Part shown: positions 11,628-25,462 of the stretch, one piece after another
How positions within the stretch are numbered: the stretch's first letter is position 1
Layout of the letters: the number at the start of each line of letters is the position of its first letter
Origin: Chrysomallon squamiferum
Lineage: Eukaryota; Animalia; Mollusca
Reading direction: 5' to 3'
NCBI GenBank assembly: GCA_012295275.1
Contig: CM022671.1
Location: 20,646,001 to 20,710,000 of the forward strand
Length of the DNA stretch: 64,000 nt
Made by a program: the position numbers and the translations under genes
Notes under the pieces: model-generated
What the model was told of the DNA's origin: nothing
Seen by the model: only the letters and a program-made list of their open reading frames with translations
The model's database searches: none

Positions 11628-12046
11628 ATATAATTCTACGTTAACACCGTATTAATAATTTCAATAATTTTATTTATAATCATTTCAGTTCAGGTTATGA
11701 AACAATAATAAACAAAAGTTAAAAGTTTGTGGAACCGATTTCTAAAACAATCTTGTGATATCTTAATTTTTAGTATTATTTCTACATATAATTATTCTTT
11801 CTTACAGTGTACAGTATTAAGAAAAATTGCTATCTTTTTATACAATATATATTTTTATAAATTTCATTAGTTATGAATTGCAAAGTATTAAATGTTTAAT
11901 CATTCTCTTAAATTATATATCTAAATTTTAAATTTATTTATTTTGTATGTTCTGAGATCTCTGTAACATATCATTCCATATTATTATTGAGATAAACATC
12001 ATATTTAGTTCAGAGATATTGTCGTTTTCACAGTAAAATAATAAAA

Positions 12047-12077
<31 letters not shown>

Positions 12078-13006
12078 AACAAAAAAGAAAATTGGTAATA
12101 ATTTGTAGTCTTTGAATGCTTAGTATAGTTTGATTTTTAATTTAACTCGAAAATGAGAAAGGATATTATTTCAGAAAGGGGAGCCCCATAATGGAAACTG
12201 TTTCAAAAGTGAGAAACTGAAATGAAAGGGTTTTCTATTTCTTTTATACTCTGAATAGCTAATAACTGTTTAGTATAAACATGTTTTTTATAGGTAATAA
12301 TTATGGCTAACAATGGTTTAATTAGTACATACTTTATATACCTGCGATCCAAGTGTGCATTACGTTCTTTTATTGCCTGCTATATTCAGTAAATTATACT
12401 GTATAAATGGTAATATGATAAAAAAAAAAATAAAAAAATAAATAAAAATAAAAATAATAATAATTATAAAAAATAATAATAATAAAAATTATTACTTGTT
12501 TCTTTTATTTAGATAAATAAAATTATTCAGATTGATTTAGTTGATTCACTATTTTTAAATATAAACGCTTGTAAATATTCACACACAGTGTTTCTTGACG
12601 CAAAAGTCGAGTGCCAGAGGATCAGAACAGGGTCGATTTATACCGAAAGTTACCTAATTTTGTTGTCAGACTTTTCACCCTGTTTGTTTACAGCTACGAT
12701 TCTAGTAACTTTTAAGTTTAGTATGTTTTCTGTATTTAGTCTTGATTCAAACACGTTCAGAATTTCATTAGAAGCTTGTGCTGTTTGAGCTGGAAAGTAG
12801 ACAGTCTTAGTGAAATAATACTAATAATAAAAAAATAAAAAAAGAATAAAAAATAAAAAGCTTTTTATTTTTTTTAATTAATTAATTTATTTTTTGATAT
12901 GGGAGTGATATATGCAGGGCATCACAAAAAAGTTACATATTTTCGGCTGAAAATTAGGGTAAGTTTATACACCAATTCAACCTAAATACCGAGATATACG
13001 GCATCG

Positions 13007-13099
<93 letters not shown>

Positions 13100-14464
13100 T
13101 ATCACTTCAGATTGGCAAAAGGATTATGGAAAAATGTATTTACACAGCAATGGAAACAGTTATTGTTTTGAGTTAACTTATTTTTTACATACAACGGGCA
13201 TATATTGAAAGACATGTAGACATGTATACATATTTACATGTGTAATTAATAAGTTCACTATCTGATGTGAATATCGGTGAATATCGTACGAAATAATAAA
13301 AAGTGGTTCACAAAACTAGCTAACCGAATAAGTGTAATCTTCTTTTTTTTCTATGTTCATTTTCACTTATTCAAACGCTGGGTATTAATAACAAGCCTTT
13401 GAAATGGGCGGTATTAAAATTACATTAACATTATGGAAATAAGCAAAAAAAAAAACAACAAAAAAAAGCGATACATAAGAAATACACATATTGTAAACCT
13501 TTACAGGCATTATATAAAAGGTCAGACTAACATTCTTCACTGACTACATATTATATATATATGTATAATATTTCATTTTCGGGCACTGAAAAAAAATGAG
13601 GTGAGTTGAGAAATAAAAGAATTAATTTCAGGTCGAAACGACATTCTAATAAAATAACAGATACATACAGTAATGCACCTACATATAATTAAAGATACAC
13701 TGATAGAGATGCATGTACATAGATATACAGTAAATGATGTGTACACCTGGTTTTTTTAAAAACCTTTTATTATCATAAAAGAAAATTATCAACAAACGAA
13801 TACACTGAGAACAGTAGATAGAGGAATATATGGATTAATGCATAAATGAACATTTTCAAAAACCCAACATAAGAAAAATAAAATAATGTCCGCGGGCGTG
13901 AACTCAATAACACACAAAAATAATAACAGATACACTTTCCTACATACATATACCACATTTAGGGTTAGCCAAATGTAGGACGGAAAAGTTATTAAAAGTT
14001 TAAATGTAGTTTGAAGTTCATTGTTGTTAGTAAAAAAATCATTGCTTTTATTATCGTCCATGTAGATGGGATTTTTTCTTCTTTTTTATATTTTTTGTTC
14101 ATTATTTGTAAGGTGTGTTTCAAAACAACATCTTTCGGTAAAATGCAATTGCTTTTGGCATCTGACAGATTAAATAGACATTTTATCAGTTTATCTATAT
14201 ATCGCATTATTATAATGACAAAGGTTTCCGGGCCAGATTAAACTTTAAAAGAAGCTGGAATGTGATATTTAAAAGTGTGTATTTTATAATAACCAGTAAG
14301 TTCATTTTTTTTTTATCTGATTATCAGTTTCTGGAGGGTATGGCGATAAACTGAATCATAAATGTTTTTCTGAGGATAGTAAGTGACTTTAACTTCTATT
14401 ACAAATCATTGTTTATAACACTTTTGATATGAGGACAGAAACCCAGCCACTTATTGTAAGTGTT

Positions 14465-14530
<66 letters not shown>

Positions 14531-14591
14531 AAGAACAGGAAATACCTTGAAATAACTTGAACATTTTCGGAGATAAACTGCTAAACGTTTA

Positions 14592-14817
14592 TTAAATCAT
14601 TTTCACGCAAGATAATCATTAACGTAGAAGCCATTGTGTTTTGTTTACACATTCCCATGAACCCCGTTCTGTTGTTTTCGCACACGACAAAAAAAAGGTG
14701 AGTTCTCGCGAGCTTCCCAGATATTCAGTCCGTCGGGCAGACCCGTACATCTTGGGTTATAGAAAAACATGGGGTCACAGCGACCACCAAATAAACACTG
14801 ATTAGCCAAGTAGTCAC
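14592..14817 (-). pseudogene. Pseudogene fragment E (exon 3 only)
   Basis: Acceptor tttcag at 14818-14820 then (C)DYLANQCLFGGRCDPMFFYNPRCTGLPDGLNIWEARENSPF. A +1 frameshift lies in the A8 run 14689-14696, further indels follow and one Cys is lost; no exon 2 upstream. Confidence 0.85.
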
Positions 14818-15118
14818 CTGAAAGACGAAAAGAAAGAGTAATAAACAAGTGAAATCTGAATAACTGAACTTTACACGTTCTCTCTGTTGTTTAATAATGA
14901 TGAGTAGAGAAATTCTTAAAACAACATTATTATCCAAAGTAAAGGACATATGTATGTAAATAGAATGTTAGATAAAGTGTCAGTTATAAAAAGAGATAGA
15001 TAAAATGTCGAGTCAAACAGAGAGAAATACTGAGAGAAAGACAGACAAACTAACTGTGAAAGTTTACATTTTGTATGATATCGTTGTCAATAATGGCGAA
15101 AGAATTTATATTATGAAA

Positions 15119-15192
<74 letters not shown>

Positions 15193-15399
15193 TAAAATAA
15201 AACGAAGTATTAAAATGATAATATTAATAAAAACAACAAGCAGAAATTGATGAACAAATTCTAAATGATTCACAGAAACGAAGCAAAATATTACCATCAT
15301 ATTTCATACAGCTCGGTAACTTTATTAACAGGAATTATAATTAAAAGTTAAAATATTATGAAAAAAGTTTTAAAAACCGAAACAAACACATCATTATCG

Positions 15400-16850
15400 A
15401 CATATACAACAACAACATCAATAACAAACAGAAAAAAAAAGAAGGAAGAACATAAAAGGATGGAAAGAGATACACGAATGAGTGACACTGTGAAAACTTT
15501 AGACAAGAGAAAATAAAGTTATAATTAAACATAACAATGAAAAAAAGTTCTTACCATGTGATGCAGACACAGGCAGACAATGCAAGTGATGACAATTTTT
15601 AAACTTTTCCCATGCCTACGTCCTGCCATTTTGTATATAACTTGACTCATCTCAGGCTCTGTTGTTAGCAATAGAAATCCTCACATAACAGCTTTAACTC
15701 AGTCACGAAACTAACTACGACTACTGCTGTTACTACTATCACTACTACTATCTCTACTACTACTACTATGATTATTACTACTACTAATACTACTATCACT
15801 ACTACTATCACCACAACTACTACTGTTATTACTACTAGTCCCCTTGCCCATACGTTCACTTTCTGTTGCTGCAATAACCTGAGAATAAATAATGGTCATA
15901 TTTTTGCTGTCGCATGAAATACTCATTAGGTGTTTCAACCAAATAGTATGGAAGTCAAGGACATTTTCTTGACGTTTTTCTTGTTGTTGATATTGATGTT
16001 ATTTTTCTTGTTTCAATACCTTTGTAATATTTAAGTATACTTAATACAAAAAAAAAAAAAAAAAAAAAAATTAGAGGACTTAAAAATATCCTTTTTATTG
16101 AGAAATTCATCGACGGCTGAAATACATTCATTACATATTTTGTCCAGTCCTAATCCTTTAATAAGAAATATCCCCATACACCCATTCTGGTGATTCTGCT
16201 ATCAAATAAGAATAAGGGTAAAAGGAGTTCGAAAAGTGGTGTATGAGTTATTGTTTAAAGAGATTTATTCGTGTATATCGTCATCGAAGCTGATGAACGT
16301 GTTTTTGAAACATCTATCACGGTAAGTTGGTATTTGATTCACACAATATATTATGTTGTAATAGAAGAATAGCCTGGCTGATTGTGTAATACGTTGGTGT
16401 TAAAACTGATGTATGTATACTGACTGGCGTAGGCCGCTTGTGACATGCGTTTTAGGTAAACTAGTATGAAACTAATTTCAGTTTAATGATTAATGAATAT
16501 AGACACCCACAGACACCTACTCGCACGCACAAACACTTTAAAACAATGTGTGCCTTATGTATCTACGTACGTATGCAATGTATTTATGTTTCTATGGAGA
16601 ATTACTGCATAGTAAAAAAAAACAACAACATACATACACACACACATACATACATATATACATTCATTGTACAAACATAATACTTTATACTTGTACAGAC
16701 ACAACACAACACATAAGTTTATTACTTCAGTGTTCTATTTCTATATTAACATCGTTCAAAACTATTAAATGTCCAGTATTTTCGATTGCGAACAAATAAA
16801 TACATGTCCATTGTCTCTCAGCAGAGCAAAACAACATTTTAAGGCAATTT
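15400..16850 (+). repeat. Segmental block X copy 1 (also ~24400-26460 and ~39850-41630)
   Basis: Shared strings cttgactcatc..ctgttgttagca..taactcagtcacgaaactaa, (ACT)n, gtaatagaagaatagc, acttcagtgttcta in the same order. Confidence 0.85.
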
Positions 16851-17240
16851 AAGAGTCAACACCTTTAATTTACTACTTTTAAAGCATATATAGGTCTGAA
16901 TTTAGCACCCGAAATCGTAATCTCGTTCAGCCAGATTTTTTGGAGAGAAGGAGTTCTGTCTTTAGCGATCATTTATGTGAAAACCATGCAAAAAAATGGA
17001 ACTGAAAAAGCACTAATCTGTTTGAAGATAATTAAGATTCACCATTTATAATGTCACAAAAAATAATGCTACAATGATACGGAAATATATACATGTAAAA
17101 TATACACATGTAAAAAAAAAAAAACTTAATAGATTTAGATTTTATAGAAATACACTCAAGGTATCACTATCTTCTAATAAGAACACGGATCACCTTAAAT
17201 AATAAAAACTGAAACATTTCAGAGATAAATAGTTGAACTT

Positions 17241-18341
17241 TTATTTCTTTTGTTTCACGCAGGTTTTCAGGTTGTCATCATACATGTAGTAACCATTGGT
17301 CTGTTTACACATTCCTTGATAGACGGTTCTGTTGTTTTTGCACACGACGAAATAAGGAGAATTCTTGCGATACTGATAAGTGTTGAGTCCGTCGGGAAGA
17401 CCTTTACATCCTGGGTGGTAGACAAAACAGGGGGTACAGCGAAAACACTGATTAGCCCTGTAGTCACCTGAAAGACGAAAAAGACGAAAAATAAACAAGT
17501 GAAATCTTAGTAACTGAACCCTAAACTTTATCTCCTTTGTTTAATAATGAAGAGTATAACAGTTATAAATGATTAAACAATCACTGTATTCCAAAATTTT
17601 AAATTCAAAAGAGTAAAGAAAGTTTTTCAAGAGATACATACTAAAGACTGTATGAGTCTGTCTGCGATATAAAATGTTTACTGAAAAATAAACTCAAGAT
17701 TATTGACAAAACACTAACAATAAGAAACAGGTTCCCAACGTTTGCCACAGTCCACCATGCTGTAATGTTCACATCTTTTAGTCTTGGTGTTGTACAGCTG
17801 CTCAAATGGACATTCCTGGGGGTAATTGTGCCACCTCTTGTCGCCGCAGTCGTAGTACTGAGCGCAGTTGGTCGGATTAGGGACGATGTCTTTGGATCCT
17901 GGCTTGCATATGTCATCAGTTCCTAATATTGAAATATATAAATATTTTCATAACGATAAATATTTTCATAACGATTTGTATTTTAGTCAGCGTTAATTTC
18001 TTACTTGCTATTATTTATTGCGCAGGTAAGTTGCAAGTTCAGGAAGGAATAGGAAATGTTGGTTAATTTAACAAGCTAACTGTGATCTCTTTGAGAGTAA
18101 TGGCGAAAGAATTTATATAATCAAATTGTACTCTACCGTTGAACTTCAAATATATCTAACTTACACATACTGTATGTAACTACTGGGTCACTGAAGTCTG
18201 AGATAACAGCATTAAATAAAATAAAACATTTTACTCACGCTTATCAGTTCTTAGTCTCTCATTTGTGCTGACGTAGTTCGGATTCGGATCAGCTACAGCA
18301 GCGATAACGTAAACCGTAATAATGAAAAACTGCAACTTCAT
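17241..18341 (-). CDS. Gene F: secreted chitin-binding protein, short type (signal + propeptide-KR + CBM14 + Cys module + CBM14-like), 177 aa
   Basis: Exons 18341-18239 (MKLQFFIITVYVIAAVA-DPNPNYVSTNERLRTDK|R), 17922-17719 (204 nt) and 17467-17241 (227 nt); phase-1 GT-AG introns, open frame. An acceptor at 18363-18365 implies a 5'UTR intron. Confidence 0.9.
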
Positions 18342-18861
18342 AATGGCAGAAAATTTCTTCTTCTGAAAATAATTAAATAAATTCTGACAATTTTGTTAAA
18401 TAAAATAAGAATATTTTACAAATGCTGTAGATATATAATTTTAATCTTCTTCAGATTTCAAAAATAAATTATATTCGTTAATATCTTACCTCTTTGTTAA
18501 CTGTTTTGTCTAAAAACAATAAATCATCTCGTGGTTATATTTTGAAATTAAGTAATAATAAAAGTTAGTGAGTAATGAGTTACAATTCCTTTTGACTCGA
18601 GGGTTCTTGAAAATAGTTTCTAATGAACAAATTTCTGTCAGACTTCGTCACTGCATCTTTCTGAAATTCCACCCGGTGTTTATAAAACATTTGATGCCAG
18701 CAAAATTTGAAAATCAGTGATTTCACAATCGTTTCTTGTTGCTCGATTATCCAGATTATTAAAACTTAAAATATGTGATTTTTAACGTGCATTTCTGGAT
18801 AGATAAGTAAGTGGAAAACAAATCGAAATTTTAAATCAACTGACAAAAGAAAATATAACAG

Positions 18862-18908
<47 letters not shown>

Positions 18909-19702
18909 AGGCATACATATTTATGTATATATAATTAAGAGATAAAAAAAGATACACACGAGAGGGAAAAAAGTCTTACCGTTTATTACAGATCCAGGTA
19001 GAACTGTAATATAAAAATCAGTTTGTAACTTTAGTTTTTATGTCTTTCCACTAATGCATCTGTGACGTTTTGATGGGTTTTGACAAGGATGTAATCTAAA
19101 TGTTTGACAGTAATTTGATCCTTTGTAACTTGTACTGGTAAGTGTTCCAGACAACAGATAAAGCTTTAACAGTAAGTGAAAATCTATCTCTAAATCGATG
19201 TACATTATCATGTTTCAGTTTTAGACAGTTGTTTATGCGTATGTAAAAAATATGTTAGAAAGGATTCTGAAAACCACTTCTACTCCTGCTATTTAGAATC
19301 ATGGCTTAGTCAGTTACTGGCAGTATGAGAACCAGTCTAGAGACAAAAAAAAAAGCATTTGTCATTGAAGGTTATCGTTAATTACATAACAAAATTTTAT
19401 AGTTATTACTGTTTCTGTTTTTCATCTGTTTGTATGTAAAATTTTGAAACGTTAAGTACCACGCTCCCGCTAAAATTTGAATTATGACGTTTTAAGAAGA
19501 GGAATGTGAAACTATTTCATAATTCTAAACAAAATTTTAATAATTCTTTTCTTATTATTTCTTCGTCTTTTTCACATCGGATATAAGATCACTCATTTCT
19601 GAAAACTATTTAATAACGCAAATATAAAGTAACAAACATTTTTGTTGGGTAATTCTATGACCTTGTCTGTTAACAAGGAACATCATATGATAGACCCTAG
19701 AT

Positions 19703-20001
19703 CAGTGGTGGCAAAACTTTGATGCTAGGCGTGTCAATACTTTTATATTTTAGTCATTTTTACATCGTCATGTATTACTTCTAAATTTATATTGTTAAAT
19801 GGTATATTACATTACGGTTTTTAACACACAAGTATATGAATATATATATACTCTGTTCTGCTCTCGATTTTTAATACTTTTTTTGTTAACTTTTAAATTA
19901 CGTGACCCAAAAATATTCGAGAATATATTAAATCAGTGTCCAAGGTTCTCGGTGTCGTGCATGTCACTGCTGACACGCATGTCGTAGTTTTGCCACCACT
20001 G
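19703..20001. mobile_element. 299-bp non-autonomous hAT-type MITE
   Basis: Perfect 16-bp TIRs CAGTGGTGGCAAAACT; 8-bp TSD CCCTAGAT at 19695-19702 and 20002-20009; paralogous empty sites near 35210 and 37403. Confidence 0.92.
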
Positions 20002-20164
20002 CCCTAGATCAAACCTGGATAAGGGAAAGCGAATGAAAAAACGTATATCGTAATTAAAACTGATGCACATGTTTACCTAACACTTGTGATGGTAATCTGA
20101 TATGTAACTTTCTGTAGATGAAGTGGCAGACTGCAGTGAGTTCGTTTTTAAACTGATGTTTGTT

Positions 20165-20168
<4 letters not shown>

Positions 20169-20241
<73 letters not shown>

Positions 20242-20280
20242 ACAGAGAGAAAAGATAGAGACCCAGAAAGAAAGAGAGAG

Positions 20281-20368
<88 letters not shown>
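20169..20368. repeat. Compound (CA)n/(GA)n microsatellite, representative of many (e.g. 1444-1540, 5077-5154, 13011-13088, 15122-15186, 22279-22385, 47867-48010, 52340-52455, 57451-57561)
   Basis: Direct inspection. Confidence 0.97.
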
Positions 20369-20378
<10 letters not shown>

Positions 20379-20554
20379 CATTTTAACTGCATGGAAATAC
20401 AAACACAGAATTCACATAGATTTGTTTGTTTTGTTTATAAAATCTGTTTTCTTTATTGTTTTCTTTTCTAGTGCAACTCTTCGAATATCTGTTTAATATT
20501 TTTCTGTTTTGTTTTTGTTTTTTACTTGGAGCTTTAATTATGTATGTAATTATG

Positions 20555-20586
<32 letters not shown>

Positions 20587-20914
20587 TGTATGTATGTATG
20601 TATGTATATATCTATGTATGTATGTATGTATGTATAATTACACGGGCATGTGTTTGGGCATGTGTGTGTGTGTGTGTGTGTGTGTGTTATAGGAGGTTGT
20701 AGGAACAGCCTATATTATATGCCTACAGGAAAAGATAGTTTATACAATGACTGTATATTAGGTTTGGTTTGTTATATTTACTTTGCTGACACTTTAAAAT
20801 TCCGTGAATTCTTTTTTCCGTTAAACAGAGAATAGAAGCGCCAACGCATATGTAAAATTAGTAAACCCACCAAATATATATATATCAATATCTGTCTATC
20901 TATCTATCTATCTA

Positions 20915-20977
<63 letters not shown>

Positions 20978-22276
20978 ATATATATATATAAATAAATATA
21001 AATATTATAAAACAAAAAAGCAGTGAAATAAATAGAATACATAGAATAAATAAATATATACAAATATAAAGGAATAAACACCATTAAAAATTAAGCAAGT
21101 ATATATTAGTAGGTGACTAAATATATAAATAAGAAAAAGACGACAAAACCCCCCCCAAAAAACTAAAAAATAATAAAAAAAAAAAAAAAAAATAGAAAAA
21201 AAAAAATAAAAAAAAAAAAAAATTAAAAACAAAATTGAAATTTGTTTTAAATTAGTTTGTAATTCTTTGAGTGGAAAATAATGTTTTTGGGATACATATA
21301 ACAATACGCCTAGTATTTACTATGAACACGCTTAATGTTGTCTCCCACAGTCGCATTCTTTAACACGCAATAAGTTAATCACAGTAGGGAAAAAAAAAAA
21401 AAAAAAAAAAACCAAACGAAAAACTCGATAAAATTTTCTATTGAAAGAATATGAGCTATTCTTTATTCATTATATCAAATAATATTTTACATTTATTACG
21501 CATTTTCTCTTTGTATATATATATATATCTCTTAATGTCTTTATATCTATCGGTCTCTCTCTCTCTCTCTCTGCTCTCTGTCTCTCTCCCTAGTTCTTTG
21601 TTATATTTCTCTATCTTTATGTGTATATACATCACTTAATTTCCGCAGGCTTATGGCTAAAAAAAAAAAAATGCTTCTCATTCATTTAAAAAACCATTGA
21701 CTTGAGGAGTGGTGTAATACATCTCTGCATGATCAGTTTTTCTCTCAAACAAAGATGAGATAGATAGATAATTAGTTTAAAGAATGAGGATGTGCTTTTA
21801 ATAGTTTTCAGTTTACATAATCTGAAGCAATGAAATATTTTTCATATCATCTACGTTATACATACTTTCTTAGCATGATTTTGTTTGTCGTTTGTATAAA
21901 TATGACCCACTATAGCATTAATAAAACAAAATATATAGATACTGTGTGTGATTATATATATATATGACTTTGTTGCTTATAAAGTTAATGTGATTTTAAT
22001 ATTACTCTTTGAAATGCTTGAGTAATCAACTGTTATTAAAAACCAAGCCTTTGAATAAATAAAATGAAAAGAAAAAAAAGAAAAAAAAGAAAGAAAAAAA
22101 AAGAAAAGGTATTCATTTTAATAATGTTAATAAGACATATTTCTAGTTTAGTGTGCTCAGATTTTGATACATCAGATTTTGTCATCAGATTGTCTAGTTA
22201 TTATTTTCACTAACCTGTGATCCGCATTTTTTTCTGAGAAACAGATTCAGCAAAATATTGAATGCATATATACATT

Positions 22277-22387
<111 letters not shown>

Positions 22388-23048
22388 TGTTTCGATACTC
22401 ATATAATTATTAATTTATCCTTAATCCGTTTGGAATGTGTATGTGTGTGTGTGTGTGTGTTTGTGTGTGTTAGTGTTGATAGTTGTATGTGAATATTTGC
22501 ATGCATTTGTCAGTGTGTACTAGTGTATGTTTATAATACTACGCATGAATTTAAATATAGGAAATCAAAACAGTTATACAGTGTAGTTCACTGAATATAT
22601 CATCAAGTAAAATAAAATCATACAGAGAAGGATACCATGGATACAAAGTATGTGCTAACTAAATAATAATTATCTAGTGGATATAAATAACAAAGATATT
22701 AGACATACTGGTACAAAATCTTTAGGGCAAAATCTATTCAGTTTCTTATTTATAATGAAAATTATTACTTTTTAAAACTGTCTCCACTTTCCGAAATAAA
22801 GGAACCACTCTCGTTGTGTACACTTTCACGATAAAATAACACTGAAACTATACCAAGATTTTAATGACAACAGATTATTACTCATTTTCTTTTTTTGAAA
22901 AAAAAAAAAGCAAAAAAAAAAAAGCCTAGTTTTTTTCAATGTTACAATAACTGACAAAAAAAAAAGAAGAATAAATTAATAAATAAATATCAAAGTTAAA
23001 AAAACTGTTCACATTATAGGGGATAAATAAATACAAACTGATTAGCTA

Positions 23049-23084
<36 letters not shown>

Positions 23085-23272
23085 TCCTGGATGATGGATG
23101 TCTGTATTTATTGCTTAGTAATTGATAATACGAAATAAACTAAAAATGAACGTGTACTGTAGAAATATAATCCAGGTGAGAACAAATTAGGTATGAGTGT
23201 CTGAGTAGGAAGGATGCAACGAAAACCCGAACTCTCTCAGCACATTTTATATATAACTATACAGCGTTAAGA

Positions 23273-23354
23273 TGTCAGAAAGCGTGCCTGTCGCAGACGT
23301 GCTTCACAACAGCTTGCTCTGATTAGCACGTTAATTTTTTTCCATTCCATTCCA
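23273..23354 (+). mobile_element. 5'-truncated retroposon 3' end with (CCATT)n tail, copy 1
   Basis: ~80 bp near-identical to 41897-41980; flanked by AGATGTC on both sides (candidate TSD); inserted in a SINE relic. Confidence 0.6.
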
Positions 23355-23499
23355 GATGTCGCCACTTCACTTCTTGATTAGGAGGAGGCGATCTTTTATA
23401 TGTAAAATAACAGATGAAATAATAAAACTATGTCCGGTTTTATACGAGTTGTAAGCAGTGGCAGGATCGAGTGAAATTCTTAGTGGAATCATTATTTTA

Positions 23500-24064
23500 T
23501 TAGTTTTTTTATTACTCATCTGGATATTCTTATAGGTACTTTGTCCACCAAATTCTGATGCTGTTGTCGCCGCCTTCGTAGTACTGAGCGCAGTTGGTCG
23601 GGCTTGGAATGATGTCGTTGGATCCATAAAACTGAAATTTATAAATATTTTCTCGGCCATAAGTTATCTAAAAGTAATAACGTTTTGTATTTTAGTCAGA
23701 TTTAATTTCTTAACGTCAGTTATATTCATGCGCAGGTAAGTTTCAAATTCAGGAATGAATAGGAAACGTTAGTTGATTAAACAAGCTAATTATGATATTG
23801 TATATTTTGTATGATCTCTTTATCAATAATAGCGAAAGATTTACTGCAGATTTACCTAATTGACACAAATTTTATGTAACTGTTGGATCACTGAAGTCTG
23901 AGGTAACAGTATTAAATAAAATAAAACATTTTACTCACGGATAAAATAAAACATTTTACTCACGGTTGTCAATTCTTAATCTCTCACTAATTCTTTCGTA
24001 GTTCAGTTGGCTGAGCATCAACAGCGATGACGAAAACCGAAATAATGACTAACTTTAACTTCAT
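23500..24064 (-). pseudogene. Pseudogene G (short-type exon 1 + degenerate exon 2, exon 3 lost)
   Basis: Exon 1 24064-23964 (MKLKLVIISVFVIAVDAQ.., 101 nt, frameshifted); duplicated donor region 23916-23965; exon-2 relic GSNDIIPSPTNCAQYYEGGDNSIRIWWTKYL* with several stops, followed by a Meta-SINE relic at 23360-23490. Confidence 0.85.
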
Positions 24065-24452
24065 AAATGTCTTGTTCGTAAAATAAAAAAATAAATAAAT
24101 AAAAAAACTAAGAATGTATTATATAATATATAATATATACATAGTCTTGTTTGCATTTCAAAACTTAAATGAGAAACGTTAATTCGTTAGTATCATATCT
24201 TTTGCTCTAGAATAATAGTTTATCTCAGATTGAAAATTGTCTACCAGTTAGAAAATAATAGTAGTTCTTCTTTCTGAATAATTGGTTATTTGTCATTGAA
24301 CAGTTTATTTCAGTTTCGCAGTATAGGTATTTTCACTTGACGGGCTTGCCTTGCTAAGGTACGATATACCATTATGGAACTTTTAAGTCTGGCTTTTAGT
24401 GTCTATATGTTCGTTTATAATTGTCTGCAACAACAACATCAAAATAAAAAAA

Positions 24453-24483
<31 letters not shown>

Positions 24484-24897
24484 ATAGATAAAATAAAAAA
24501 AAATAAAAAAAAATAAAAGTAAATAAAAAAAAAAATAACGAAAAGATAACAACAAAATCCAACAACTAACAAAGAAATAGGAAAAACATAAATGGATGGA
24601 TAGAGATGTACGAATGAGTGACACTGTGAAAACCTAAAATAAGGGAAATAAAGCTAAAATAAATGTAATAAGTAAACAATGCAATATAAAATCTGTTTGT
24701 AACGTCAGATTTTAAACATTTCCCATGCCTATGTCCTGTCACATAACTTGACTCATCTCACTTTCTGTTGTTAGCAGTGAAAAGCCTCACATGACAGTTT
24801 TAACTCAGTCGCGAAACTAAAACCTGCACAATCAAAATAACTTTTTAAAGGACAAGGTTATGGAATTATTTTCTTGTTTTATTTAACTATATTTATT

Positions 24898-24959
<62 letters not shown>

Positions 24960-25431
24960 TTACTATTTCTTCTACTACTACTACTACTACTATTATTACT
25001 ACTGTTACTACGGCTACTATTACTACTGTTACTACTAGCACTACTATTACTGCTTTTTTTACTACTAGTATCACTACTAGTAGTACCCTTACCCCTATGT
25101 TTACTTTCTGTTGCTGTAATAACCTGAAACAAAGTAAGTCAACAAGCTACTATATTTTATTTTCTGCAAATCTTAATGAAACAAAATTAGGATTTTGTAG
25201 AAGTTATTTTCCAAAATGTAGAAAGGAATAATTTGACGAAATATGTTAAAAATAATGGTGATATTATTTTTGCTGTCTCATGAAAAACCCGTTAGGTGGT
25301 TCAACCAAATAGTATGGAAGTCAAAGACATTTTCCTGGCATTTATATTGTTGTTGGTATTGATGTTATTTTTGTTGTTTCAGTACCTTTGTACTATTTAA
25401 GTATTCTTAATAATAATAAAAATAATAATAA

Positions 25432-25462
<31 letters not shown>

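Larger units (their letters stand above)
5155..13560. repeat. Large inverted duplication: arms ~5155-8610 and ~9886-13560 (genes C and D head-to-head), ~1.3 kb spacer
   Basis: Reverse-complement matches, e.g. 6000-6125 vs 12490-12618 and 5235-5305 vs 13360-13435; both arms end at gctaaccaggtag. Confidence 0.9.

Noticed and set aside
14689-14696. The frameshift in E could be a homopolymer sequencing error hiding an intact gene
   Set aside because: Additional indels, a lost Cys and the missing exon 2 independently indicate a pseudogene.
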